This document shows, in pieces, positions 1 to 9,745 of a stretch of DNA of 64,000 bases. The notes beneath the pieces were generated by a model that had not been told where the DNA came from, ran no database searches, and was given only the letters and a program-made list of their open reading frames with translations. Origin of the DNA: Eubacteriales bacterium (GTDB taxonomy: Bacteria > Bacillota > Clostridia > Oscillospirales > CAG-272). The position numbers were made by a program, and so were the translations under genes. The stretch lies in the NCBI GenBank assembly GCA_045635885.1, contig JAZTWO010000053.1, positions 31-64,030 of the forward strand, given 5' to 3'. How positions within the stretch are numbered: position 1 is the stretch's first letter; each line of letters opens with the position of its first letter.

Positions 1-330
1 TTCCTCTTCGGTAGCTATTACCAAATTCGTGAAAGTAAAATTACAGGTGTTCACACATGATATGTCATCATATTCAACGCCATTAAAAAACACTTTTCCA
101 TTTTCAATTATTACCTCCAAGTCAAACTTCCAAGAGATTGCAGCTTGCACATACAAATCGGAAACAAATTTGTTTTTTGTATTACTTGCGTTGTTAAGTT
201 TTGCAAACATTTCATCTACAATATGGGGGGCAGCATTTTCACCTTGAACATTACAGCCAACCAAAAAACTCGTCGCTAAAATTATAACGAGCAGGGCTTT
301 TGTGATGAGCTTTAAAGTTTTGTTTTTCAT
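1..330 (-). CDS. putative lipoprotein, N-terminal part only (ORF runs off the left edge)
   Basis: Reverse-strand ATG at 328-330, 8 nt downstream of AGGAG (complement of 339-343). The translation MKNKTLKLITKALLVIILATSFLVGCNVQGE has a signal peptide and an LVGC lipobox. The frame stays open to position 1. It is absent from the ORF track because the window edge truncates it. Confidence 0.7.
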   Translation of the reverse strand, partial: MKNKTLKLITKALLVIILATSFLVGCNVQGENAAPHIVDEMFAKLNNASNTKNKFVSDLYVQAAISWKFDLEVIIENGKVFFNGVEYDDISCVNTCNFTFTNLVIATEEE

Positions 331-618
331 AATAAAATCTCCTTTCTGTTTTCCATAATTAATAGTAGCACACAGCAATGTGTGTTGTCAAGTTTTTTTA
401 AAAATCATCGCCTATAGCGGTGAAAGGCAAACGAATATTTTTTCTTTGCTTTCATGGTTTTCTCCTTTGTTTTTACATATTTTCACCCTCAAAAAAGGAT
501 TTTTCACCCCTTTTAATAAGTACTCTATATATATTACCTATTTTCTTCAAAAAATTCTTCAACTTTTTTGAAAAATTTCAAAAAATGCAGATTGGCACAT
601 CCAATCTGCATAATTTAT

Positions 619-1146
619 TTATATAGCAAAAAATATCTTCATATTTAACAAAAACAAATAAAGCAACCAGCAGTCATATAGAAGTGACAAAAAGAAGGAT
701 GCTTTTGAAACTCCTGCAAAGCACATTGTGGCGCAAATTGAACAAAAAAGGCAGAGCGCAGACATTCCTGCAGAAACAAGAAAAAGTCTTGCGCAAACGA
801 ATATCGGATACCATGTATATCCAATTGCAAGCGAAATAACAAACCACATAGCACCTTGATATTTTTTCTCACCGTAAATGCAAATTTGATTGCCAAGGGC
901 AATTCCCAAAGCAAATCCTGCCACAATATATGACAAGCAAAACAACAAAACAAACAACCAAATCGGTGGCACAACGTCCTTTGCCCCAACAAAATGAAGT
1001 GTTGAAATGGGGCTTCCACTTACCCAACGGGTAAAAATTCCAATAAACACAAGCAAGGCAGGAACCAACAACACAATTTTCTTGTTCGTGCGTGAGCATT
1101 CTCGCATCATGCTCTCAAATGGATTTCTTCTTTTTTTGTTCGACAT
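619..1146 (-). CDS. small multi-pass membrane protein, tentatively TspO/MBR-like
   Basis: 175-aa ORF with about 5 hydrophobic helices. The segment PPIWLFVLLFCLSYIVAGFALG resembles the PPxWxFxxVWxxLYxxMG segment of TspO. The family call is weak. Confidence 0.5.
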   Translation of the reverse strand: MSNKKRRNPFESMMRECSRTNKKIVLLVPALLVFIGIFTRWVSGSPISTLHFVGAKDVVPPIWLFVLLFCLSYIVAGFALGIALGNQICIYGEKKYQGAMWFVISLAIGYTWYPIFVCARLFLVSAGMSALCLFCSICATMCFAGVSKASFFLSLLYDCWLLYLFLLNMKIFFAI

Positions 1147-1239
1147 AAAAAACTCCGTAAAATGTATTTTATAAATCTTATGGCAATTTTTTTATTTTAA
1201 TGATTAGATACAAAATTTGATAAAAATTTCAAAAACCAC

Positions 1240-1267
1240 TTGAAATTTTATTTTATTATGATATAAT
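1240..1267 (+). promoter_or_regulatory. sigma-A type promoter for the pheST leader
   Basis: TTGAAA (1240-1245), a 16-nt spacer ending in TGa, then TATAAT (1262-1267). Confidence 0.55.
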
Positions 1268-1299
1268 ACTAATGTTAAAATAAATATACCCCAATAAAA

Positions 1300-1535
1300 A
1301 CTATGATGAAGCTTGATTTTATCGCTCGGTTTTTGCAGAGAGAGTCGCCATGGCTGTAAGCGACTTAAAATCGGATAAATATCGTTTCCCTTCGGAGTTG
1401 GTGCGGTGAATTTTTTCAGTAGTCGCTCCCGTGTGTTCGCGTTAAGAATATCAAAGTGTTAGCTTTGCTAAAAATACGGGTGGTACCACGTGCGTTTATT
1501 CGCCTCGTCCTGTTCTTTGGATGGGGCGCTTTTTA
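1300..1535 (+). promoter_or_regulatory. T-box riboswitch leader (Phe specifier) with terminator/antiterminator
   Basis: GA/K-turn-like tgatgaag at 1304-1311 and an AG bulge agagag at 1337-1344. Candidate UUC specifier at 1391-1393 (or 1386-1388). T-box sequence aaatacgggtggtaccacg at 1472-1490, with UGGU able to pair with the tRNA ACCA end. Terminator gcgcc...ggcgc plus a T-run at 1500-1535. It lies directly upstream of pheS. Confidence 0.85.
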
Positions 1536-1697
1536 TTTTGCCCTACTTTTTTAAGGAAAAAGTAGGCAAAAACCTTTTAAAAAGCTTCGCGATTGTTACC
1601 ATGAAGTTTGCGATAACTCCCAATTAAATCAAAACTTGTAATCAAAAAATATCTATATAATAACTCAAACATTTCATATTTTGAAAGGAAAGACAAA

Positions 1698-2711
1698 ATG
1701 AAAGAAACTTTGAAAAAAATCAAAGAAGAAGCTCTCTTAGCCATTGCTGACGATAATTGCGACCTTGAAGCGCTTAGAATTCAGTACCTCGGCAAAAAAG
1801 GTGAGCTTACCGCAGTTCTTCGTGGAATGGGCAAACTTACTCCCGAAGAGCGCCCCGTTATCGGTCAACTTGCGAACGAGGTTCGTGAAGAAATCGAAAA
1901 CGCAATGAAAGAAAAACAGACAGAACTCAAGGCAAAGGCACTTGAAAAGGCACTCGTTGAAGAAAAGCTCGACGTTACTATGCCTGCAAAAGCCCCCAAG
2001 AGAGGTCATCTCCATCCCCTTACAAAGATGCAACGTGAACTTGAGGACATCTTTATCGGTATGGGTTACACTATTGCAGAAGGCCCTGAAGTTGAATACG
2101 ACTATTACAACTTCCAGGCACTGAACATTCCTGAAAATCACCCCGCTCGTGACACTCAGGACACATTCTACATCACAGAAAAAATTCTTCTTCGTTCTCA
2201 GACCTCTCCCGTTCAGGCAAGAGTTATGGAACAGCAAAAGCCCCCCATCCGCATAGTTTCTCCCGGTCGTGTTTACCGTTCTGACGCTATGGATGCAACT
2301 CACTCTCCCCTTTTCCATCAGTTTGAAGGTCTTGTAGTTGACAAGGGTATCACAATGGGCAACCTTAAGAACACTCTTGAAGAATTTGCTAAAAAGACAT
2401 TCGGTGAAGAAACAAAGGTTCGTTTCCGTCCCCACCACTTCCCATTCACAGAGCCCAGTGCCGAGGTTGACGTTTCTTGCTTCGCTTGTGGAGGCAAGGG
2501 CTGTCGTCTTTGCAAGGGCGAGGGTTGGATTGAAATCCTTGGCGCAGGTATGGTTCACCCCAACGTGCTTCGCAACTGCGGAATTGACCCCGAAGAATAT
2601 AGCGGCTTCGCTTTCGGTATGGGTGTTGAAAGAATTTTGATGCTCAAATACCACGTTAACGATATCCGTCTTCTTTATGAGAACGACGTTAGATTCTTAC
2701 ATCAGTTTTAA
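1698..2711 (+). CDS. pheS: phenylalanine--tRNA ligase alpha subunit
   Basis: 337 aa with RBS aaagga. Class II aaRS motifs are present ([32 protein letters not shown]). Confidence 0.97.
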   Translation: MKETLKKIKEEALLAIADDNCDLEALRIQYLGKKGELTAVLRGMGKLTPEERPVIGQLANEVREEIENAMKEKQTELKAKALEKALVEEKLDVTMPAKAPKRGHLHPLTKMQRELEDIFIGMGYTIAEGPEVEYDYYNFQALNIPENHPARDTQDTFYITEKILLRSQTSPVQARVMEQQKPPIRIVSPGRVYRSDAMDATHSPLFHQFEGLVVDKGITMGNLKNTLEEFAKKTFGEETKVRFRPHHFPFTEPSAEVDVSCFACGGKGCRLCKGEGWIEILGAGMVHPNVLRNCGIDPEEYSGFAFGMGVERILMLKYHVNDIRLLYENDVRFLHQF

Positions 2712-2727
2712 TTAGGAGGTAAGAAAA

Positions 2728-5124
2728 ATGAATTTATCAATTAAATGGCTTAATGATTTCGTCAACACAGACGGAATTGAAATAAAAGAATATTGCGACA
2801 GAATGACCGACACAGGTTCAAAGGTTGAGGGCTATGAGCTTCTTGGCGAAGACGTGCAGAACGTAATTGTTGCAAGAGTTGAAAAAATGGCTCGCCACGA
2901 AAACTCCGATCACCTTTGGGTTTGTCAGGTTAATATCGGTACCGAAACAGTACAGATCGTAACAGGCGCGCAGAATGTTCACGAGGGTGACATTGTTCCT
3001 GCAGCTATTCCTGTTGCTCACCTCCCCGGTGACGTTACAATTAAGGCAGGCAAGCTTCGTGGGGTTGAATCCTATGGTATGCTCTGCTCTTATCACGAGC
3101 TTGGTCTTACAGAACACGATATGCCCGGTTATGAGGGTGACGGAATACTCATCCTTGGTGAAGAATATGCAGAATACGTTGGCAAGGATGTTCGTGAAGC
3201 TCTTCTTCTTCGTGACACATGCGTTGAATTTGAAATCACATCAAACCGTCCCGACTGTCTTTCTGTAATCGGACTTGCAAGAGAAACTGCAGTTAGCTTC
3301 AACCGTCCCTGGAATTGCCCCACTCCCGTAGTTAAGGGTGCAAATGACGGTGATGATATTTCAAATTATATTAAGGTTGCAATTAACGATAGCGACCTCT
3401 GTGCAAGATATAGCGCAAAGGTTGTTAAAAACGTTAAAATCGCTCCCTCTCCCTTGTGGCTTAGAATGCGACTTCGCGCAAGTGGTGTTCGCCCCATCAA
3501 CAATATTGTTGACATTACCAACTACGTAATGCTTGAATACGGTCAGCCCATGCACGCATTTGACTATGCTTGCCTTTCAGGTGCAGAAATCAACGTTCGC
3601 CGTGCAGGTGAAAACGAAAACTTCGTTTCTCTTGACTCTAAAGACCATACACTCGACTCCTCAATGCTCGTAATTGCAGACCAGAACAAAGCAGTTGCAC
3701 TTGCAGGTGTTATGGGTGGCGAAAACTCCGAAATCAAGGACGAAACCGTTACAGTTGTATTCGAAAGCGCAAACTTCGACGGTGCTTCTGTTCGTGTAAC
3801 TGCTAAGAAGAACGGTATGAGAACAGAGTCCTCTGCTCGTTTTGAAAAGGGACTTGACGCAGAAAACACAATTCCTGCACTCCTTCGTGCTTGTGAGCTT
3901 GTTGAACTCCTTGGCGCAGGTGACGTGGTTGACGGACTTATCGACGTTTACCCCGGCAAGAAAGAGCCCGTAACTCTTCCCCTTAATCCCGAAGTTATCA
4001 ATAACTTCCTCGGTGTAAACATTTCTGAAGAATTTATGGTTGAAACACTTGAAAAGCTTGAATGTAAGGTTGAAAACGGTGTTATCACAGTTCCCACATT
4101 CCGTAATGACCTCACCTGCATGAACGATATTGCAGAGGAAGTTATTAGAATTTACGGTTATAACGATATTAAATCTTCAAAGATTACTGCAGAAAATACC
4201 GCAGGCGGCAGAACTCCTAAACAGCAGTTTAAGGTTGACCTTAGCGATACACTTTGCGGAATGGGCCTTGATGAAATTCACACATTCTCTTTCATCAGTC
4301 CAAGATATTATGATAAAATCAGACTCCCCGAGGACGAAAACGTTAGACGTTCAATCGTTATTTCTAACCCCCTTGGTGAAGATACAAGCATTATGCGTGT
4401 AACTGCTCTCCCCTCTATGATGGAAGCTCTTGCACTTAACAATAATATGGGTAACGAAGACGTTTGCCTCTATGAAATGGGCAATATCTACATTCCCGCA
4501 CAAGAGGATGACGACCTTCCCTGCGAAAGCAACGTGCTTACACTCGGTATGTACGGAAACGTTGATTTCTATACAATGAAGGGTGTAATCGAAGGTGCTT
4601 TGGCTCTTGGCAGAATTAAGGGCGCAACTTATGAAGCGGTAACAGATAACGCAACATTCCACCCCGGACGTTGCGCAAAGGTTCTTAGTGCAAATGGCGA
4701 AATGCTTGGCATCTTCGGTCAGATTCATCCATTGACCGCACAGAACTATGGATTTAATACTCCCGTTTATGCGGCAGAGCTTGATTTTGATGCTATTTTC
4801 GATAACTGCGATACAGTTATTGAATATAAGCCCCTTCCCAAATTCCCCGCCTCCACCCGTGACTTCTCATTTGTTTGTGACGAAGCACTTGAGGTTGGTA
4901 AGCTTTCAAGCGTAATTGCAAAAGCAGGTGGCAAGCTTGTTGAAGACGTTCAGCTCTTTGACATCTACCGTGGCACACAGCTTGGTGAAGGCAAAAAGTC
5001 CGTTTCCTTCCGTGTAACTCTTCGTGCAAGCGATAGAACTCTTACAGTTGAAGAAGCGGATAAGGTAAGCTCAAAAATCCTTTCCTCTCTCGAACACCAG
5101 CTCGGCTTGACATTGAGAAAATAA
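2728..5124 (+). CDS. pheT: phenylalanine--tRNA ligase beta subunit
   Basis: 798 aa, starting 16 nt after pheS with RBS AGGAGG. It has an N-terminal tRNA-binding domain (KVEGYELLGE...HLWVCQV), B3/4 and B5 regions, and a C-terminal FDX-ACB-like domain. Confidence 0.97.
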   Translation: MNLSIKWLNDFVNTDGIEIKEYCDRMTDTGSKVEGYELLGEDVQNVIVARVEKMARHENSDHLWVCQVNIGTETVQIVTGAQNVHEGDIVPAAIPVAHLPGDVTIKAGKLRGVESYGMLCSYHELGLTEHDMPGYEGDGILILGEEYAEYVGKDVREALLLRDTCVEFEITSNRPDCLSVIGLARETAVSFNRPWNCPTPVVKGANDGDDISNYIKVAINDSDLCARYSAKVVKNVKIAPSPLWLRMRLRASGVRPINNIVDITNYVMLEYGQPMHAFDYACLSGAEINVRRAGENENFVSLDSKDHTLDSSMLVIADQNKAVALAGVMGGENSEIKDETVTVVFESANFDGASVRVTAKKNGMRTESSARFEKGLDAENTIPALLRACELVELLGAGDVVDGLIDVYPGKKEPVTLPLNPEVINNFLGVNISEEFMVETLEKLECKVENGVITVPTFRNDLTCMNDIAEEVIRIYGYNDIKSSKITAENTAGGRTPKQQFKVDLSDTLCGMGLDEIHTFSFISPRYYDKIRLPEDENVRRSIVISNPLGEDTSIMRVTALPSMMEALALNNNMGNEDVCLYEMGNIYIPAQEDDDLPCESNVLTLGMYGNVDFYTMKGVIEGALALGRIKGATYEAVTDNATFHPGRCAKVLSANGEMLGIFGQIHPLTAQNYGFNTPVYAAELDFDAIFDNCDTVIEYKPLPKFPASTRDFSFVCDEALEVGKLSSVIAKAGGKLVEDVQLFDIYRGTQLGEGKKSVSFRVTLRASDRTLTVEEADKVSSKILSSLEHQLGLTLRK

Positions 5125-5143
5125 TAGTAACAAATAAAAATAA

Positions 5144-5172
5144 AGCACCGTTCATTTGAACGGTGCTTTTTG
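5144..5172. terminator. bidirectional rho-independent terminator between pheT and the PBP gene
   Basis: Hairpin agcaccgttca-ttt-gaacggtgct with a T-run on the plus strand and an A-run upstream. Confidence 0.8.
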
Positions 5173-5214
5173 TTGTCAAATTGATATTTAGCAGGGGGTA
5201 AACAAAAAACCAAT

Positions 5215-7623
5215 TCACCTCAAAACATCCCTTTCAAAAACGAGGTCTGACAAAGAAAAGTGGTTAGTAGATAGGCGATTGAATGGCTTTTTGCTTGCAC
5301 TAATACCAAAATATTTCTTCTTTTCCTCGTCCTCAAGGGGAGCAAAAAACGGCTCATTTTCTTTAAATGACGGCAAAACATCCTTGCCAAGCTCCATATA
5401 AACGTATTGCGCATCCGACACAATTATCTGAGTGGGAAATTCCCTCTCCACCAAAATCATTCCCACCTCCTGAATGTGCCCTATGGGTGTGAAAATCGTT
5501 GCCACACCGCCGCAAATGATGTCATATTCCACCAAAATATGCGTTTCACATCTATTTGTCGGCTCAGTTCCATTCACAAAATATCCCTCTTTTATCCTCG
5601 ACCCTCTTGCATCCTTTAAGCAGGCATCTGTCGGCAAAAGCCCCGAATCCATACAATAATTCACCTTTATTAAATGCGCATCCTCGTCAAATTTTCTATC
5701 CGCATAGACAGAGCGAATATCGTTTTCATATATCCGAGAAAGCACGGTATCAAAGGCATTCAAAAAGTGATTTTTTTCTGAACGAGGTATTTCCTTTGGA
5801 TATTCATATCCGTACCACACCCCGCAAATAAGCGACGGAGTGTATCCAATGCACCATCTATCCTTGTTATCCTGCGTTGTTCCTGTTTTGGCGGCAATTG
5901 CCACCTTATTTTTAACGGTTAAATCATCCGCCGTACCACCCCACACAACGTCCTCTAAAAGCTTGGTCATTATCTCGGAATTACCTTGACTTATAACACG
6001 TTCAGAGGTAGCTTTTTTCTCAAGCAACACCTCCCCCCTTGAGTTTTTCACAAGGGAGTATGAACGAGCCTCGTGATAAATTCCACCATCTGCAAAAATC
6101 GAATAGGCGGCAGTAATGTCCCTAACACTAACACCGTAATTAAGTTGTCCCAAAGCCAATGCCGCATAGTCCATATCGGTAATGAAATTACCCTTCTCAT
6201 CCCTGCTCCACTCAATCAAGTCATCAAGATGCAAATATTCCTTTAAAAAATAAAACGAGTGCGAAAGCCCAAGTTCGTCAAGAATTTTCAGCGGAATTGT
6301 GTTGGTGGAATTCGCCATGGCATAGCTCATTGTCGAAAGACCGTGATAAACTCCGTTTGCGTTTTTGGGCCACGGTTTATCGTTTTCAAATGAATATGGA
6401 GTGTCGTCATACACGCTACCGTAGGTGATAATCCCCCTCTCAAGCGCAGGGGCATAAATTGAAAGCGGCTTAATGGTCGATCCTGGGGGACGGAGCGTGT
6501 CCGTGGCATAGTTTTGAATTCTGTTTGCACTCTTTTGCCCTATTGCACCAACCACTCCCAAAACATCACCGCTTTGCGAGTCGATGATAATCATTGAGCT
6601 TTGCGCCCCCTCACCCGAAGGAAAATTGGAAGTATTTTCATAATATTCCTCCATTATTAATTGAATTTCACGGTCAATTTGAATGTAAATTTCAAGTCCA
6701 CCACCAAAAACGAGCGCATTTGCCCCCTGCCTCGTCATTCCACACTCGATTTGCAAATCACGGATTACGTCATCAATAACCATGTCCACATACCACGAAT
6801 GCACACTTGTTTTCACCACACTATCATCGGGATTTAATGCAATTTCCTTGCCATAAGCTCCCTCAAATTCGCTTTTAGTGATATATCCCTGCTCAAGCAT
6901 TACAGAAAGAATCAAATCCCGTCTTTGCTTGTTGTTTTCAGGGTGCGTTATCGGATTATAATAGCTTGGATTGTTCGTTATTGCAGCAATACAGACGCAC
7001 TCAATAAGCGAAAGCTCGCTCGGTCGCTTTGAAAAGAATCTTTGTGAGGCGCTCCCCACACCGTAACAATTCTCAGAAAGATTGATAACATTGAGATATA
7101 GTTCAAGAATTTCATCCTTCGACATTTCTTTTTCAAGCTCCAAAGCCCACGAAATTTCACGAATTTTTCGCTCAATGCTAAGCTCGTCCTCTCCCGTAAT
7201 ATTCTTAATCAATTGTTGAGTGATGGTGGACGCACCAAATCGCCCGCCAAAATGCAAAAAGTAGTTGGCAACAGCACTCAACGTCCTGTACCAGTCAACA
7301 CCGTCATGCTCATAAAATCGCTTATCCTCGATTGCAACAAAGGCATTTTTCAAATTTTCGGGAATTTCTTTAAAAGCAATGAATTCAAAATTATATAGCC
7401 CCAGTATTCTCTCTTCCTGCCACTCAACCCATTCGCCCTGCTCCATCACAAAAATTTTCGTCACCGAATGCGCACTGTCAAGCTCAAAAAGTGACAAATC
7501 AAGCTCCTGCCGAGTAACCCGCCTGATATATACCCCCACACCAATCGATAATAATAAAATCACAACCAAAAACGTGATAAACAAACTAAATATAACTTTT
7601 CTTAACCTTCTTCTCTTTTTCAA
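5215..7623 (-). CDS. class A penicillin-binding protein (GT51 transglycosylase + transpeptidase)
   Basis: 802 aa with an N-terminal TM anchor. GT51 motifs AIEDKRFYEHDGVD and GASTITQQLIKN are present, plus transpeptidase SxxK (STIKP), SxN (STN) and KTGT. Confidence 0.93.
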   Translation of the reverse strand: MKKRRRLRKVIFSLFITFLVVILLLSIGVGVYIRRVTRQELDLSLFELDSAHSVTKIFVMEQGEWVEWQEERILGLYNFEFIAFKEIPENLKNAFVAIEDKRFYEHDGVDWYRTLSAVANYFLHFGGRFGASTITQQLIKNITGEDELSIERKIREISWALELEKEMSKDEILELYLNVINLSENCYGVGSASQRFFSKRPSELSLIECVCIAAITNNPSYYNPITHPENNKQRRDLILSVMLEQGYITKSEFEGAYGKEIALNPDDSVVKTSVHSWYVDMVIDDVIRDLQIECGMTRQGANALVFGGGLEIYIQIDREIQLIMEEYYENTSNFPSGEGAQSSMIIIDSQSGDVLGVVGAIGQKSANRIQNYATDTLRPPGSTIKPLSIYAPALERGIITYGSVYDDTPYSFENDKPWPKNANGVYHGLSTMSYAMANSTNTIPLKILDELGLSHSFYFLKEYLHLDDLIEWSRDEKGNFITDMDYAALALGQLNYGVSVRDITAAYSIFADGGIYHEARSYSLVKNSRGEVLLEKKATSERVISQGNSEIMTKLLEDVVWGGTADDLTVKNKVAIAAKTGTTQDNKDRWCIGYTPSLICGVWYGYEYPKEIPRSEKNHFLNAFDTVLSRIYENDIRSVYADRKFDEDAHLIKVNYCMDSGLLPTDACLKDARGSRIKEGYFVNGTEPTNRCETHILVEYDIICGGVATIFTPIGHIQEVGMILVEREFPTQIIVSDAQYVYMELGKDVLPSFKENEPFFAPLEDEEKKKYFGISASKKPFNRLSTNHFSLSDLVFERDVLR

Positions 7624-7685
7624 ATCAACACCTTCTTTCTAAAAGATTATTGACTTGAATATTAAAATTAAATCAATTTATCAAA

Positions 7686-7716
7686 AAGGGGCAAACACTT
7701 TTGTGCTTGCCCGCTT
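7686..7716 (-). terminator. terminator downstream of the LRR gene
   Basis: Hairpin gggcaaacac-tttt-gtgcttgccc flanked by A/T runs on both strands. Confidence 0.65.
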
Positions 7717-7719
7717 TTT

Positions 7720-8580
7720 TTATTTTCCACTATCCCCTGCGCAATAGATGATAGCATCTTCGATAACGTCGTTGCCTGCGCCAATTTCAACGTATTGCCA
7801 AGATGCGCTTGTGCCGTGATAATTAACTTTTTTAATGCTTGAGCATTTATAAAATGCCATGTTGGCGATTTCGGTTACATCACGAGAAATATTCACAAAA
7901 TTGTCGGTTTTGCCTGCAGGATATGTAATCAATATGCTTCCGTCATTGCTGTAAAGAACACCCGACAAGGATGAGAACTTCGAATTGGATGCGTCAACCT
8001 CAATTTTTGTGAGATATTTGCATCCTGCAAATGCGTAATTTCCTATTTCCTTAATGGTTGACGGAATTTCCACCTCACGAATGGTTGAACCATAGAATGC
8101 ATATGCGCCAATTTTTTTAATGGAATCTGAAAACTCAATCCCCTTAATGCTTGTGCAATTTTTAAACGCATTGTCAGAAATGGCGACTACAATGTCACCG
8201 CTTGGGCTCTCCATTGGCACGATAATAAAACTATCGGTGCAATTGCCAAGTCCATCAAGCGAGCAAGTACCGTTACCGTTGCTCACAAACGAAAGCCCCT
8301 TGCTTGAGGGATCTTCAACAGGAGTTGAAGGAGTGTTTGGCTCTTCTTCCTCGTCATCGTCGGGCTTGGGCTGGGAATTAACGCTCCCTGTAGTTGTTGT
8401 TGTAGTTGTGGTGGATGTGGTAGTATCAACACCGCCACCGTTGAACACGGGAATGTAATTTTCATCATCATTCATGTTCATAGCAACCACAATCAGCATT
8501 GCCAAAATTGCCACAAGCAAAATGGGTAATACAATGGTCAACCCCTTTGCAATTTTTGTTTTGATTTCTTGTTTGTCCAT
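7720..8580 (-). CDS. membrane-anchored BspA-type leucine-rich-repeat (LRR_5) surface protein
   Basis: 286 aa with an N-terminal TM helix and a Thr-rich linker (TTSTTTTTTTTG). Repeats of the form xIxxIGxxAFxxCxxLxxIxI are present (e.g. SIKKIGAYAFYGS, IKEIGNYAFAGCKYLTKIEV). Confidence 0.8.
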   Translation of the reverse strand: MDKQEIKTKIAKGLTIVLPILLVAILAMLIVVAMNMNDDENYIPVFNGGGVDTTTSTTTTTTTTGSVNSQPKPDDDEEEEPNTPSTPVEDPSSKGLSFVSNGNGTCSLDGLGNCTDSFIIVPMESPSGDIVVAISDNAFKNCTSIKGIEFSDSIKKIGAYAFYGSTIREVEIPSTIKEIGNYAFAGCKYLTKIEVDASNSKFSSLSGVLYSNDGSILITYPAGKTDNFVNISRDVTEIANMAFYKCSSIKKVNYHGTSASWQYVEIGAGNDVIEDAIIYCAGDSGK

Positions 8581-8834
8581 AGATTTTTCCTTCCTTTGTT
8601 GTATTTGGTATTTTCATTATATATTTCCATTTTTTACCTGTCAACAAAAACTCATCGAGCGAAAGCGACTCAAAATCCACTCAAAAATTATAAAAAGACG
8701 GCATTTTTGCTCCAACTTATCGAAAACAAACGCAAAAAAACGCATTCCCTCGCTTTATGCGAACGATTTTATCATTGATTTTTGCATATTTCTGTGATAA
8801 AATGGATATATATTAATTTAATGTGGAGATAATT

Positions 8835-9542
8835 ATGGAAGCAGTAAAAAGAATTATCGCAATTGGCGGTGGCGAAATAAGAAGCAAGGAAACACTTGAA
8901 ATAGATCGTTACATATCAAACCTCGCCCACGAAAGAGCCGGTGAAAACCGCCCCTATGGGCTTTTCATTGGCACTGCGAGTCACGATTCAATGCCCTATT
9001 TCAACAGTTTCAGAAAAACATACACATCCGTTTTCGACATAAAAGCGGACGTTGCGCTCACCGTTTATGGCGAAATGGATTTGGAAAAAATCAAAGGCAA
9101 ATTTGAAAAGGCAGATTTCATTTATGTTGGCGGTGGCGATACACTTTATATGCTTAAAAGGTGGCAGGAATTTGGTCTACTCGACCTCATTAAAGACGCC
9201 TATGACCGTGGCGTTATCATTTGCGGACTTTCTGCAGGTGCAATTTGTTGGTTTGAGGATATTTACACCGACTCTACCCTTGTGGAACGTGAAGGCGCAT
9301 ATTCAATGCAAAATGGTCTTGGTTGGCTAAAGGGCAGAATTTCACCCCACTATAACGAGCGTGTTGCAGATTTTGACGAAGTTATGATTTCGCTTGGCAA
9401 AGGTGAGCGTGCCTTTGGAATTGAAAATCTTGCCGCACTTGAATTTGTCAACGGTGAATTAACCCACGCAATAACTTGCGGCGGAAAGGCATTTTTAATT
9501 GAAAATGACGGCGAAAAGCTAATCAAAAACGAGATTAAATAA
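8835..9542 (+). CDS. peptidase S51 (dipeptidase E-like) family protein
   Basis: ATG at 8835 lies 6 nt after GGAG (8825-8828). The track's GTG at 8823 is less likely. Motifs IIAIGGGE, FIYVGGGDT and the nucleophile elbow CGLSAGAICW are present. Confidence 0.8.
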   Translation: MEAVKRIIAIGGGEIRSKETLEIDRYISNLAHERAGENRPYGLFIGTASHDSMPYFNSFRKTYTSVFDIKADVALTVYGEMDLEKIKGKFEKADFIYVGGGDTLYMLKRWQEFGLLDLIKDAYDRGVIICGLSAGAICWFEDIYTDSTLVEREGAYSMQNGLGWLKGRISPHYNERVADFDEVMISLGKGERAFGIENLAALEFVNGELTHAITCGGKAFLIENDGEKLIKNEIK

Positions 9543-9605
9543 AAAGATGGGCAAAACAAAAATTGCCCATTTTTCTTTTATTTTCCTCCACATAAAAATT
9601 GGGTA

Positions 9606-9634
9606 TTGACAAATTCATTTCAATATAGTATAAT
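9606..9634 (+). promoter_or_regulatory. consensus sigma-A promoter
   Basis: TTGACA (9606-9611), a 17-nt spacer, then TATAAT (9629-9634). Confidence 0.7.
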
Positions 9635-9654
9635 GATGTGGAATAAAATCGAAG

Positions 9655-9705
9655 CCCGCGTATTGAAATGGTTTTACTCCATCGCAGAACGCGGCATTTT
9701 TTTGT
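9655..9705 (+). terminator. terminator-like hairpin inside the 5' leader of the flavoprotein gene (possible attenuator)
   Basis: ccgcgt ... acgcgg stem with a loop of about 27 nt, followed by cattttttttg. It lies between the promoter and the start codon at 9746. Confidence 0.4.
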
Positions 9706-9745
9706 GTAAAAAATCCCCTATTTTATATATCAAAGGAGAATTAAA

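Noticed and set aside
29-247. 72-aa plus-strand ORF at the left edge
   Set aside because: It lies antisense to a much more convincing minus-strand lipoprotein gene, which has an RBS, signal peptide and lipobox and stays open to the window edge. The plus-strand ORF has no RBS and a low-complexity translation.
380-626. 63-68 aa plus-strand ORFs between the lipoprotein and TspO-like genes
   Set aside because: They lie in AT-rich intergenic sequence, have no RBS, and give Phe/Leu/Ile-rich translations typical of non-coding AT-rich DNA.
1737-2654. 305-aa minus-strand ORF
   Set aside because: It is entirely antisense to pheS, whose identity is unambiguous. It is a typical shadow ORF with a Cys/Phe/Asn-rich nonsense-like sequence.
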